From an uncultured Eubacteriales bacterium (GTDB lineage: Bacteria; Bacillota; Clostridia; Peptostreptococcales; Anaerovoracaceae): a DNA stretch of 47,168 nt. Every line of letters begins with the position of its first letter. Position 1 is the stretch's first letter. Below are positions 8,801-20,405 of this stretch, piece by piece. The DNA is taken from positions 1 through 47,168 of the forward strand of contig CADBFL010000001.1 of assembly GCA_902793875.1 (NCBI GenBank), written 5' to 3'. Made by a program: the position numbers and the translations under genes. A model generated the notes under the pieces. It did not search any database. It saw only the letters and a list, made by a program, of their open reading frames with translations, and had not been told where the DNA came from.

Positions 8801-11800
8801 GCCGGCGAATATACGGCAAAGGCCATGCTTGCCTATGACGAGAAGAACTACGAGAAGCCTGAAGTCGCGTCCTGCCACTGGGTGATCGAGAAATCCCCTC
8901 TGGATCTCTCGAACATCAGCTGGGACTACGACAGGGCGTTCGTATATGACGGTTCCGAAAAGAGGGTGTTCGTGAGCGACGTGCCTGTCGGAGCCAGAGT
9001 GGAATACAGCAATGCATGGGCGTCTCAGGCAGGCACATACGTGGCGGCTGCCGAGATCATACCTGATGACAGCGACAACCTCATCAAGGGAAGGCTCGAG
9101 AACCTCACGTGGAGGATCGAGCGCGGCGACTACGACATGAGCCATGCCCACTGGGATTACGACAAGGCGTTCGTATACGACGGCGAAGAGCACAAAGTCG
9201 TCATCAAGGGACTCCCTGAGGGCGTGACCGCTCACTACAGGGGCAACACGGCCACGAATTCCGGAGACTACAGCGCTTCGGTCACGTTTACGGTGGCCGA
9301 TGAGCACAACTACAACATCCCTGAGATGGCCGATCTTTCGTGGTCGATCGCAAAGGCCGACTACGATCTGTCGTCCGCGGCATGGACCTACGAGGGCGAG
9401 CTCACATATACGGGAAGCCTGCAGGAGGTCACTCTGAGAGGGCTGCCTGAGGGAGTAAGACCTGTATACAGCGGCAACACCGCCGTGAACACGGGCTCAT
9501 ACGAGGCGACTGCCGATCTCATCCCTTACGATCCGGAGAACTACAATAAGCCTTCCGTGGGCGGCTGCAGCTGGAGGATCGTCAAGGCGGATTACGAGAT
9601 GTCGGCGGTGAGATGGGATTACAACACGAGCAAGACGTTCAACGGCAGCGTCCAGAACGTCGTTCTCGAGCACCTTCCGATCGGCGTTTCGGCGATCTAC
9701 TACGGCAATGAGGCAAAAGAGGTCGGGACCTACACTGCGAGCGCTGAGCTCACGGTGGCGGATCCTGTCAACTACAACATACCTTCGGTCAGCGACTGCG
9801 ACTGGGAGATCGTGCGCGCGGAGTACGATCTCAGCGGAGCATACTGGGATTACGACGAGGGCATGTACACATATGACGGCAATGCCAAGACCGTCACCAT
9901 GAAGAATCTGCCTGAAGGTCTCGGAGTATCCTACAAGGGAAACAGCGGGACGTCCGCGGGAGAGTACCTCGCCACCGCTTCGTTCGAGACATATGACAAG
10001 AACTACGAGACGCCGGATTCAGTTTCCATACCTTGGAAGATAGAGCAGCTCAGCTACGACATGAGCGGCGTCGAATGGGATTACAGGGAGAGATTCACAT
10101 ACGACGGGTCGGCCAAGAGAGTCGAGCTCACTGGCCTGCCTGTGGGCATCAAGGTAGAGTACGAAGAGAACACGGCCATAGACGCGGGCACATATACCGC
10201 GGTCGCCAGGTTCAGCAGCGAGAGCGACAACTACCGCACTCCTGAAGATATGTACTGCACCTGGATGATAGGCAAGGCGGACATAGACATACGCAGGGTA
10301 TCCTGGAACTACTCACAGAGCTTCGTGTATGACGGAACGGCCAAGACCATCGAGCTCATGAATCTGCCTGAGCAGCTCGAGGCGAGCTACAGCAACAACA
10401 GCGCGACGGAGACGGGCGCATATACCGCTCACGCCGAGCTGATGCCGCTGAGGCCTGACAACTACAACGTCCCGTTCATCAGAGACTGCGTCTGGTCGAT
10501 CGAAAAGGCCGACTACGACATGTCCGAAGCGAGATGGGAGGGCGAATTCGAATTCGTCTACGACGGGACCGAAAAGGGCGTGTACGTCACGGGACTTCCG
10601 GAAGGCGTCGTTCCTGTATACGAAGGAAACACCGCGGTCGATGCCGGCTCATATACAGCGTCGGTCGGCTTCAGGTGCGACACGGACAACTACAATGTCC
10701 CTGTGCTGGGAGACTGCAGCTGGACGATCAGAAAAGCCGTATTCGACATGTCCGGCGCCGCATGGTACGCAGAGGACAGGATCGTATACGACGGGACCAG
10801 CAAGTCCATCAAGCTGAGAGGACTTCCTGAGGGGCTCACCCCTGTGTACAGCGGCAATACAGCCGTGAACGCCGGAGACTACGAGGCTTCGGTGGAATTC
10901 GAATTCGACGAGAACAACTACTACAGACCGGAATTCGGAGGCTGCAGATGGCATATCGCTCCTGCAGACATCGATGTCGATGTGTCCGAGATACGCTGGA
11001 ACTACGACAGGCCGTTCGTATACGACGGAGAGACCAAGAGCGTCGCGATCGCACAGACGTCGACCGACGTCGGATTCCTGGACAAGCTGCGCGGGCGCAA
11101 GCCTGAGCTGAGGCTCACGGGAGTTCCTGACGGCTTCTACGTGGTATACGACAACAACTACGCTGACCAGGTCGGAGTATATTACGCGAGCGCGAAGCTC
11201 ATCAGCATCGATGATGCCGAGAACTACAACGAGCTCGTGCTGCCGAAGTTCAGATGGGAGATCGTCAAGGCAAGCGTCGACATGTCGGGAGTCAGATGGA
11301 ACTACGAAGGACCGTTCACATACGACGGAGAGGAGAAGTCGGTCGAGCTCATCGGCCTGCCGGATAACGTCGATGTAACGTACTCGGACAACACGGGCAC
11401 CGACGCGGGCGATCACGAGGCCATGGCCATGATCGAGGTCAGGGATACGCGCAATTACGAGACCCCGAAGCCTGTCAGCGGATGCTGGTGGCAGATCAAC
11501 AAGGCGACCTACGACATGTCGCAGGCCCACTGGACCTACGAGGACGACATCGAATACGACGGCAAGGAAAAGACCGTCAGGGTAACAGGCCTTCCTGAGG
11601 GCGTAAAGGTCGAATCCTACAGAGGCAACAGAGGAATGGAGGCCGGAAGCTATACCGCCGAGGTATTCCTCAGATACCAGAACAAGGAGAACTTCGAGGA
11701 GCCGCTGATGCCTGCTCTGAGATGGAGGATCCAGAAGAAGAGGATCGATACGTCCGAAGTCGAGTGGGATTACGACGAGGAAACAGGATTTGTCTTCGAC

Positions 11801-12217
11801 GAAAAACTGAAAGCCGTCAGCCTGACCGGAGTGCCTGACGACGTGGAAGTCGTCTACACCGACAACGTCAAGGCCGGCGCGGGCACATACGTCGCCAGGG
11901 CAAAGCTGATCTACGACACCAGGAACTGCGAGGCTGACAGCATACCTGATCTGAGATGGAGGATCAGGAAGGCTTCGTACGACACGTCGAAGACGCGCTG
12001 GACTTATGAGAAGCCGTTCAGATACGACGGCACCGAGAAGAGCATCGCGCTGACCGGCCTGCCTGCATCGATCGCAGTAAGGTACAGAGACAACAAGGCT
12101 TCGGCCATAGGCACATATACGGCCAAGGCGTATCTGACCTACGACAGCGACAATTATGAGATGCCTGAGGTCGATACGATGATCGACTGGTCCATCATAG
12201 GAAGGGAAGTCGAATAA
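5819..12217 (+). CDS. Giant repeat protein: BspA/DUF285-type LRR + Listeria-Bacteroides-type repeat + 23 MBG-like modules
   Basis: 2,132-aa ORF with an in-frame TGA immediately upstream of the ATG. The N-terminus has 26-residue LRR-type repeats (SNMSSMFEGCANLRELDISSFDT, SNMHAMFSKCANLEEI). One Flg_new-like repeat follows (VFVSWNTDPDAKGAYYRPGKAV..LYAVWA). After that come 23 diverged 75-85-aa modules sharing W-x-Y..(F/Y)xYDGxxKxV..GLPEGV..Y..N..AGxYTA..NY..W-I-KA..DMS. Confidence 0.85.
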   Translation: MKMDNNFVKVGKWGECLWGINENGGLYIIEGLAGSVDEGISPWADSMAAITSANTVGTVTFPDGASLAGLFKGCKNMVTADLSGFVTDNVSNMSSMFEGCANLRELDISSFDTRRCSNMHAMFSKCANLEEILLAQDFSTEGDGSTRCDRLAVKEYGKYKKAKPIYVEGFRVIYHDNLDEDRTEETRTTPGVRYIIEEPMFSSPSDRAVFVSWNTDPDAKGAYYRPGKAVDALDEDLNLYAVWAWAPVIKQSPQIRSFTYGERIPFEVPEIESVNDPEVTGYLEISETGEEGTWKVINHNTILPVSYNGWLCRLHASNSVGEAVSDPVKLNIKKASIDVSGIRWVEDKNMVYDGTPKEVHIEGLPDTIEPRYEGNVATDAGTYTASYAFVFDRDNFNEPVTVREHEWTIRKAALDMSQVRWNYTGAFRYDGTARSVELTGLPEGVTAIYENNVATDTGVYTATAMLNYDFKNYEKPADIVPCVWEIRKVTIDASSIRWSDYDDFVYDGNPKGVYITNLPDDAEVVYDGAEETLAGKYLARAAFIGNYNTNAPAEYEWEIAKRHYDLSNVRWTEQRDFSYDGEPHGIVLTGVPEDLQVRYSGNVGVTAGSYTARAVFINPDTHNYITPADMTMEWQISKKFVDMSQVRWDYEGAFTYDGEAKAVSLVGLPEGIGVDYENFMAFDAGEYNARAILRYDEDNLDVEWPADCQWRINKKKIDVSGIYWDYSDAFTYTGREHAVYLAGVPEGLNVEYADNVKTETGTYVASATLTPVDEGNYEVPEVNGCTWTIRKAEYEFGAIEWTDYRGFVYDGKEKKVRIESGLDENIRVEYEDDTAVNAGRYFTKAVFSLTDDTNLNPPKPEGYSWSIAKARHDMSKVVWDYENAFTYDGSEKSVRLRGVPEGVIVNYRNASASDAGDYTAVARFEVQDANNYETSIPDMVLDWTIRKAVFDMSGAKWQGDREYAYDGELKGESLRLTGLPDGVVPVYVDSTAVDAGEYTAKAMLAYDEKNYEKPEVASCHWVIEKSPLDLSNISWDYDRAFVYDGSEKRVFVSDVPVGARVEYSNAWASQAGTYVAAAEIIPDDSDNLIKGRLENLTWRIERGDYDMSHAHWDYDKAFVYDGEEHKVVIKGLPEGVTAHYRGNTATNSGDYSASVTFTVADEHNYNIPEMADLSWSIAKADYDLSSAAWTYEGELTYTGSLQEVTLRGLPEGVRPVYSGNTAVNTGSYEATADLIPYDPENYNKPSVGGCSWRIVKADYEMSAVRWDYNTSKTFNGSVQNVVLEHLPIGVSAIYYGNEAKEVGTYTASAELTVADPVNYNIPSVSDCDWEIVRAEYDLSGAYWDYDEGMYTYDGNAKTVTMKNLPEGLGVSYKGNSGTSAGEYLATASFETYDKNYETPDSVSIPWKIEQLSYDMSGVEWDYRERFTYDGSAKRVELTGLPVGIKVEYEENTAIDAGTYTAVARFSSESDNYRTPEDMYCTWMIGKADIDIRRVSWNYSQSFVYDGTAKTIELMNLPEQLEASYSNNSATETGAYTAHAELMPLRPDNYNVPFIRDCVWSIEKADYDMSEARWEGEFEFVYDGTEKGVYVTGLPEGVVPVYEGNTAVDAGSYTASVGFRCDTDNYNVPVLGDCSWTIRKAVFDMSGAAWYAEDRIVYDGTSKSIKLRGLPEGLTPVYSGNTAVNAGDYEASVEFEFDENNYYRPEFGGCRWHIAPADIDVDVSEIRWNYDRPFVYDGETKSVAIAQTSTDVGFLDKLRGRKPELRLTGVPDGFYVVYDNNYADQVGVYYASAKLISIDDAENYNELVLPKFRWEIVKASVDMSGVRWNYEGPFTYDGEEKSVELIGLPDNVDVTYSDNTGTDAGDHEAMAMIEVRDTRNYETPKPVSGCWWQINKATYDMSQAHWTYEDDIEYDGKEKTVRVTGLPEGVKVESYRGNRGMEAGSYTAEVFLRYQNKENFEEPLMPALRWRIQKKRIDTSEVEWDYDEETGFVFDEKLKAVSLTGVPDDVEVVYTDNVKAGAGTYVARAKLIYDTRNCEADSIPDLRWRIRKASYDTSKTRWTYEKPFRYDGTEKSIALTGLPASIAVRYRDNKASAIGTYTAKAYLTYDSDNYEMPEVDTMIDWSIIGREVE

Positions 12218-13483
12218 TTGAACGTTTATCTTGTCGCGATAATAATACTGACGCTCTGTTCGACATTCTTTTCGGCTACTGAGACTGCTTTCAGCTCGGT
12301 AAACAAGATAAAACTCAAGAACATGGCGGCCGACGACAACAAGCGGGCCGCCCATGCTCTTGCGCTTGCCGAGGACTTCGACAGGCTGATCACAGCCGTC
12401 CTGGTGGGCAATACCATATCCAACATCACGATGACGAGCGTTGCCACTGTCTACGGCATCATGACATGGGGCCAGAAGATAGGTCCCACGGTCGCGACCG
12501 TAATGGTCACGCTCCTCGTTCTGGTGCTCGGAGAGATATCGCCGAAGATCATCGCCAGGGAATACGCCGAAGAGGTCGCGCTTTTTCTGACGCCTTTTGT
12601 AAGGGTCCTCATAACGATACTGACGCCGCTGACATTCATCTTCAACGGGCTGAAGGTCCTGATCAAGAAGGCCGTCGGCAAGAAGGAGGAGCCGGAGTTC
12701 TCGGAGGATGAGCTGCTGACTATAGTCGAGGAGGCTGAGGCTGACGGAGCCATAGGCGAAGAGCAGAGCGAGCTCATCACCAACGCGATCGAGTTCAACG
12801 ACATCGAGGCCATAGACATCCTCACTCCGAGGGTCGACATCGTCGCGGTAGAAAGAGGGACGCCGGTCGCCGTGATCAAGCAGGTGTTCAGGGAATCCGG
12901 CCTTTCGAGGCTGCCTGTATACGAGGACGATCTGGATAATATCATCGGAGTGATCAACCAGAAGGACCTCTACAACAATAACGTAAAGACCATCAAAGAC
13001 ACCGAAAAGATAATAAAGCCGGTCGCATATGTAGCCGAGACGCTGAAGGCGGCCGTCCTGCTCAAGAAGATGCAGGCCAAGAGGACCCATATCGCCATAG
13101 TGGTCGACGAATACGGCGGCACCACCGGCCTCGTGACGCTCGAGGACATCATCGAGGAGATCGTCGGTGACATATACGACGAGCACGATGCGGTGACGTC
13201 GAGGGATGTCAGGCCTGCCGGCAAGGACACCTACATGGTCGCGGGCGGGGCCAACCTCGAGGACTTCTTCAAGATCTTCGATGAGGAGATAGAGGCCGAC
13301 GCCACCACGATAAACGGCTGGGTGATGATACAGCTCGACAGGCTCCCTAAGGTCGGAGACAGCTTCGTATACGAGTCGAAGCACAAGCTGTTCAGAGTCA
13401 GGATCACCAAGGCCGACGCCAGGCGCGCACTCATGACGCGGATCAGGGTGGAGGACAAGCCGGACGAAGAGCCGCGGCAGTAA
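12218..13483 (+). CDS. CNNM/DUF21-CBS-CorC_HlyC family protein (TlyC-type hemolysin-like transporter)
   Basis: 421 aa with a TTG start directly after the giant gene's TAA. It has the typical DUF21 N-terminus (FFSATETAFSS), a CBS pair region and a CorC/HlyC C-terminal domain. Confidence 0.85.
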   Translation: MNVYLVAIIILTLCSTFFSATETAFSSVNKIKLKNMAADDNKRAAHALALAEDFDRLITAVLVGNTISNITMTSVATVYGIMTWGQKIGPTVATVMVTLLVLVLGEISPKIIAREYAEEVALFLTPFVRVLITILTPLTFIFNGLKVLIKKAVGKKEEPEFSEDELLTIVEEAEADGAIGEEQSELITNAIEFNDIEAIDILTPRVDIVAVERGTPVAVIKQVFRESGLSRLPVYEDDLDNIIGVINQKDLYNNNVKTIKDTEKIIKPVAYVAETLKAAVLLKKMQAKRTHIAIVVDEYGGTTGLVTLEDIIEEIVGDIYDEHDAVTSRDVRPAGKDTYMVAGGANLEDFFKIFDEEIEADATTINGWVMIQLDRLPKVGDSFVYESKHKLFRVRITKADARRALMTRIRVEDKPDEEPRQ

Positions 13484-13521
13484 AGCTTCGATACAACATA
13501 CAGAAAGGATCGTAACTGGAA

Positions 13522-16293
<2,772 letters not shown>

Positions 16294-16332
16294 GTATATG
16301 ATGATATAGAATACAGAGGAAAGGAAAAGACC

Positions 16333-16611
16333 ATGGTAGTAGTAATCGTAGCAATAGCACTGGTAGTGGGATTCATCGCCCTTGCGGCAAATTCTCTGAA
16401 CAAGGCCAAGAACCGCATCGAACTGGCGGAGGTCGAGCTGAAAAAGTACGAGGAATCCGGCGACCCGAAGGACATAGACAACGCAAAGAAGTATTATGCG
16501 GCTGTCATCAGAGACTATAACAATCTGGTCGAGAACTTCCCGACAAACCTCATAGCTGAGCTCTTCAACTTCCCGAAGATGCACACAGAGGGCTTTGACG
16601 AAGATCTTTAG
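16333..16611 (+). CDS. lemA: Short LemA-like membrane protein
   Basis: 92 aa with an N-terminal TM helix and the LemA C-terminal signature (YNNLVENFPTNLIAELFNF). It sits immediately upstream of a DUF2207 gene, the usual LemA partner. It is about half the usual LemA length. Confidence 0.6.
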   Translation: MVVVIVAIALVVGFIALAANSLNKAKNRIELAEVELKKYEESGDPKDIDNAKKYYAAVIRDYNNLVENFPTNLIAELFNFPKMHTEGFDEDL

Positions 16612-16638
16612 GGTTCAGGACAGTTTTGGAGGATCGCA

Positions 16639-18564
16639 ATGACCGTTAACAAAAGGAATAATAAAATCGCCTTCAGGGCGGCGGCTCTGGCCGGCATTCT
16701 GGCGGTCGTGCTCATGATGATGCCGTTTGTATCCGAGCCTGTCTCGGCTGACGACAACACGATGAACACGCTGAACTACGATGTAGAGGTGGATGTCTCG
16801 GAAGACAACTCCTACGTATTCCACGAGTACATCAACATGTACTATGTGACGCCTCATCACGGCATATACAGATACCTGCCGAAGGAAGGCCAGAAGATCA
16901 CAAAGATAAAGATCCCGGACTATGACTACGAGATCTATACACAGAACGGTTTCGAGGTCATAAGGATCGGAAGCGCCAATTACGTGCTGACCGGCGAGCA
17001 GCCTTACGACATCTACTACAACATAGCGATGTTCGAGGATGAGAACGAAGAAAAGGACATGCTGCTGGTGAACCTTATCCCGGCCGACTGGGAGACGGGC
17101 ATCGAAAGCAGCGAGTGCGTCATACATCTTCCGAAAGAGGCCGACCTCAGCAAGGCCAACGTATACTCCGGCCCTTACGGCGCGGAGGGCAACGAGGATG
17201 AGGTCGTGATGGAGACGGGCGATGACGGCACGACCATCACGGTAAAGGCGGAGAACCTGCCTGCTCATCACGGCGTCACGGTCGAGCTCCCGCTTCCGCA
17301 GGGCTACTGGGTAGGCGCGCCTGAGTTCGGCAAGGTCGGACCGGCCACCATGCTCCTCTTCCTCCTCGGACCGGTCGGAGCCGCGATACTGTGGTTCCTC
17401 TTCGGCAGGGACAAGCACATGGTAAAGACGCTCGAGTTCTATCCTCCGGACGATCTGACGCCGGGAGAGATCGGATATCTCGTCGACGGCAAGGTCGACA
17501 AGCAGGACGTCATCTCGACCATAGTTTACCTCGCGGACAGAGGATACCTCGAGATAGAAGAGGTAGACCGCAAGCGCTTCAGGTTCATCGCAAAAGAGAG
17601 CCCGGGAGACGAGGTCCCGCCGTACGTCCGCTCAATTTACAAAGGCATCTTCCCTAACGGGAGGACCGAAGAATACAGCGATGAGCTTGGTATAACCTTC
17701 GGAACAAAATACCAGCAGTCGAGAGAGCAGCTCAACAGGATGTTCGCGGGATCGAGATCCATCATGAGACCGGACTCGGTCATGGCGAGATGGGGATGCG
17801 CCATCGCGGCGATCATGCCGTCTGTCGCATACGTGTCATGGGCCTCGATGAACGGTGAGGACCTGGGCATGGAGTCCGTCGTATGGCCGGCGCTGCATCT
17901 CTTCGTGGCATTATGGCTGATGTGGTCTGTATATGACAACATCCGCTCCACGTCGAAGGTCAAGACCGTGCTCAAGTGCATCGGCGCGATATGGTTCTAC
18001 TCCGTGGGCGTCGGCATACTGCCGATCGCGAGTGACGCGCTTTCGCTTCTCTCGCCTCCGAAAGCGCTTGCCATGGTGCTGTACCTGACTCTGGGAACGC
18101 TTATAAGCATGTTCTTCTCGGTCATCGCCATAGCGAAGACTGACAAGTACACAGACCTGCTCGGCAGGATACTCGGATTCAGAGACTTCATCAGGACAGC
18201 CGAACTCGACAAGCTGAACGAGCTGGTCGAGCAGGATCCGGAATACTTCTACCACATCATGCCTTACGCTTACGTGTTCGGCCTGAGCAACAAGTGGATC
18301 AAGAACTTTGAGAACATACCGATCGTCACGCCGAACTGGTACCGCGGCGTCAGAACGATGAATTCCTTCGACTACTACATGATGGGCCGCATGATGGGCG
18401 ACTGCAGCGCCAGCGTAGGCAGCCACATCGTCATGCCTTCGGCTCCTTCCGGAGGCGGCGGCTTCGGCGGCAGCGGAGGCGGCGGCTGGAGCGGCGGAGG
18501 CGGCTTCAGCGGAGGAGGCTTCTCAGGCGGCGGAATCGGCGGCGGCGGAGGCGGCGGCTGGTAA
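16639..18564 (+). CDS. DUF2207 domain membrane protein
   Basis: 641 aa with an N-terminal signal/TM, a large extracytoplasmic domain, several TM helices and a glycine-rich tail (GGGGFGGSGGGGWSGGGGFSGGGFSGGGIGGGGGGGW) characteristic of DUF2207 proteins. Confidence 0.8.
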   Translation: MTVNKRNNKIAFRAAALAGILAVVLMMMPFVSEPVSADDNTMNTLNYDVEVDVSEDNSYVFHEYINMYYVTPHHGIYRYLPKEGQKITKIKIPDYDYEIYTQNGFEVIRIGSANYVLTGEQPYDIYYNIAMFEDENEEKDMLLVNLIPADWETGIESSECVIHLPKEADLSKANVYSGPYGAEGNEDEVVMETGDDGTTITVKAENLPAHHGVTVELPLPQGYWVGAPEFGKVGPATMLLFLLGPVGAAILWFLFGRDKHMVKTLEFYPPDDLTPGEIGYLVDGKVDKQDVISTIVYLADRGYLEIEEVDRKRFRFIAKESPGDEVPPYVRSIYKGIFPNGRTEEYSDELGITFGTKYQQSREQLNRMFAGSRSIMRPDSVMARWGCAIAAIMPSVAYVSWASMNGEDLGMESVVWPALHLFVALWLMWSVYDNIRSTSKVKTVLKCIGAIWFYSVGVGILPIASDALSLLSPPKALAMVLYLTLGTLISMFFSVIAIAKTDKYTDLLGRILGFRDFIRTAELDKLNELVEQDPEYFYHIMPYAYVFGLSNKWIKNFENIPIVTPNWYRGVRTMNSFDYYMMGRMMGDCSASVGSHIVMPSAPSGGGGFGGSGGGGWSGGGGFSGGGFSGGGIGGGGGGGW

Positions 18565-18783
18565 GAAGACTTGTCCTGCCGATTGACGAGCGCCAGCGAA
18601 GGCAGAGGCATGGAAAGTCTTTTGCCAGGATCGCCCGAGAGACCGAGCCTCAGGAGAAGGACGATCGGCTGCGATCTACGGCTAGAAGACTTGTCCTGCC
18701 GGCAGACAAAGCCACAGTCCCGCCGACCGGCAAGCCAATTGCCCCGCCGGCAGACAAAACCACAGTCCCGCCGACCGGCAAGC
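18563..18783. repeat. Short intergenic direct repeats
   Basis: AGAAGACTTGTCCTGCCG occurs at about 18565 and 18684. GCCGGCAGACAAA(G/A)CCACAGTCCCGCCGACCGGCAAGC occurs twice (18699-18735 and 18746-18783). Confidence 0.6.
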
Positions 18784-18806
18784 GCGAGCGAAAGGAATTA
18801 ATACAT

Positions 18807-19421
18807 TTGAGGAATAAGATACTTATTTTCGGCGACAGCATCACATACGGACAGAAAGATCTCGAGCTTGGGGGGTGGACAAACCGCCTCAAGCTCGTGA
18901 TCGCAAATGACAGCTCAGGACTGAGCTGCCATGTCTTTAATATGGGAGTGCCGGGACAGACCACGGGCGAAGTGCTCGAGAGACTCGACAGGGAATGCAA
19001 AGGACGCATGCCCAAAGGCACCAATACTGTCATCATACTTGCGGCCGGCACTAACGATACTCAGATCATAGGGGGCAAGGTCCGTACAGACGAGGATACG
19101 CTCCGGAGCAATGTAGGGGCGCTCATCGATACCGCGAGACAGCGCGCAGATCACGTGATGTACATCGGACTCACCCCTGTAGACGAATCCCGAACCAACC
19201 CGGTGTACTGGGACAGGAAAAAGAACTGGCAGAACGAGGTCGTCGAAAACTACGACACGATCATCCGCCGGGTCTGCGAAGAAAAGGGCGTCAGATACCT
19301 GTACATGTTCGACAAGATAGATCCCCTCACCAATCAGGACGGACTCCACCCGTCTGCAGAAGGCCACCGCATCATGACGGGGCACATCGCGGGCGCGGTA
19401 TACGAATGCCTGAAAAGGTAG
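18807..19421 (+). CDS. SGNH/GDSL-family hydrolase
   Basis: 204 aa with N-terminal block I ILIFGDSITYG (catalytic Ser), a GTND block and a C-terminal DGLHP block (catalytic His). Confidence 0.8.
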   Translation: MRNKILIFGDSITYGQKDLELGGWTNRLKLVIANDSSGLSCHVFNMGVPGQTTGEVLERLDRECKGRMPKGTNTVIILAAGTNDTQIIGGKVRTDEDTLRSNVGALIDTARQRADHVMYIGLTPVDESRTNPVYWDRKKNWQNEVVENYDTIIRRVCEEKGVRYLYMFDKIDPLTNQDGLHPSAEGHRIMTGHIAGAVYECLKR

Positions 19422-19775
19422 CGGCTTTGGCGGCCCTGAAACAGAAAGCAGCTGCTGCCGGCACCCGCAAACACCCCAGGAGCGCGAGCGGCTTTTCCTT
19501 ATAATTGGAGCAAAACGAACGCGCACCGCTTTTCCCGAGCAGGCTTAAATATTACATAACCGGGGAATTCCCGTTCGCTCTCCTCTAAGCTCACTTGGTC
19601 TGCCGGCCGATCGCGCCGCTCTGTAATGCTTCCTTCCGATCTCACGGCGTTGCCGTAAAGACGGAAGCATTGATCTCCGTCGGCACAGCTCCTCCGATAA
19701 ATGCTGCCGCCCGGGCTATGTGAGGGCCTGGCGACAGCGCTGGCGCTCCCGGGGCAGACAGACAAAAGATCCTAA

Positions 19776-20405
19776 TTGGAGCGAAATGAGCCTCAGCCTC
19801 GAAAATGCACCATATACGGCAGGCCGGCAAAGCTAAAACTGGAGCGAAATGAGCGGCAGCCTCGAAAATGCACCAATTTCAGACTGAGCCAGGCGAGAAA
19901 ATTGGAGCGAAATGAGCGCGCACATCAAAAACGCACCATATACGGCAGGCCGGCAGTGCTAAAACTGGAGCGAAATGAGCGTGCATATCAAAAATGCACC
20001 ATATACGGCAGGCCGGCAGTGCTAAAACTGGAGCGAAATGAGCGCCTGCCCCGAAAATGCACCATATACGGCAGGCCGGCAACTTGAAAACTGGAGCGAA
20101 ATGAGCGGCAGCCTCGAAAATGCACCATATACGGCAGACTGACAAGCTGAAAACTGGAGCGAAATGAGCGCGCACATCAAAAACGCACCAATTCCAGGCT
20201 GATCTTAAAGGGAAAATTGGAACCAAATGAACGCATACGACGAAATGGTTCCAATTCCGGAGCGATCTGCAGGAGGAAATTGGAACCAAATGGCCGCGCA
20301 TGCCGAAATGGTTCCAATTCCGGAGTGATCTGCAGGAGGAAATTGGAACCAAATGGCCGCGCATGCCGAAATGGTTCCAATGCCACTCTGATCCGGAAGG
20401 TAAAA
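19776..20405. repeat. Tandem array of ten 63-bp hairpin-containing units (two subfamilies); a degenerate 11th unit follows to about 20468
   Basis: Unit starts are at 19776, 19839, 19902, 19965, 20028, 20091, 20154, 20217, 20280 and 20343, an exact 63-bp period. Units 1-7 read (C/T)TGGAGCGAAATGAGCG-N7-C(A/G)AAAA(T/C)GCACCA plus a 26-nt tail. Units 8-10 read TTGGAACCAAATG(G/A)(C/A)CGC..GAAATGGTTCCAA plus a tail. A solo degenerate copy lies at 19503-19535. Confidence 0.9.

Noticed and set aside
6587-13384. Very long minus-strand ORFs (6587..9307, 906 aa; 10649..13384, 911 aa) antisense to the giant repeat gene and the CNNM gene
   Set aside because: They lie exactly opposite well-supported plus-strand genes. 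Their translations are low-complexity Arg/Val/Asp-rich strings with no domains. The open antisense frame is the expected by-product of the strong GC3 and codon bias of the sense genes.
18375-18611. Proline-rich 78-aa minus-strand ORF
   Set aside because: It is simply the antisense translation of the GGC-rich glycine tail of the DUF2207 protein.
19644-19658. Exact 15-nt match ACGGCGTTGCCGTAA shared between 19644-19658 and 47152-47166
   Set aside because: Roughly one or two such 15-mer matches are expected by chance in a 47-kb window when both strands are considered. The flanks do not extend the similarity.
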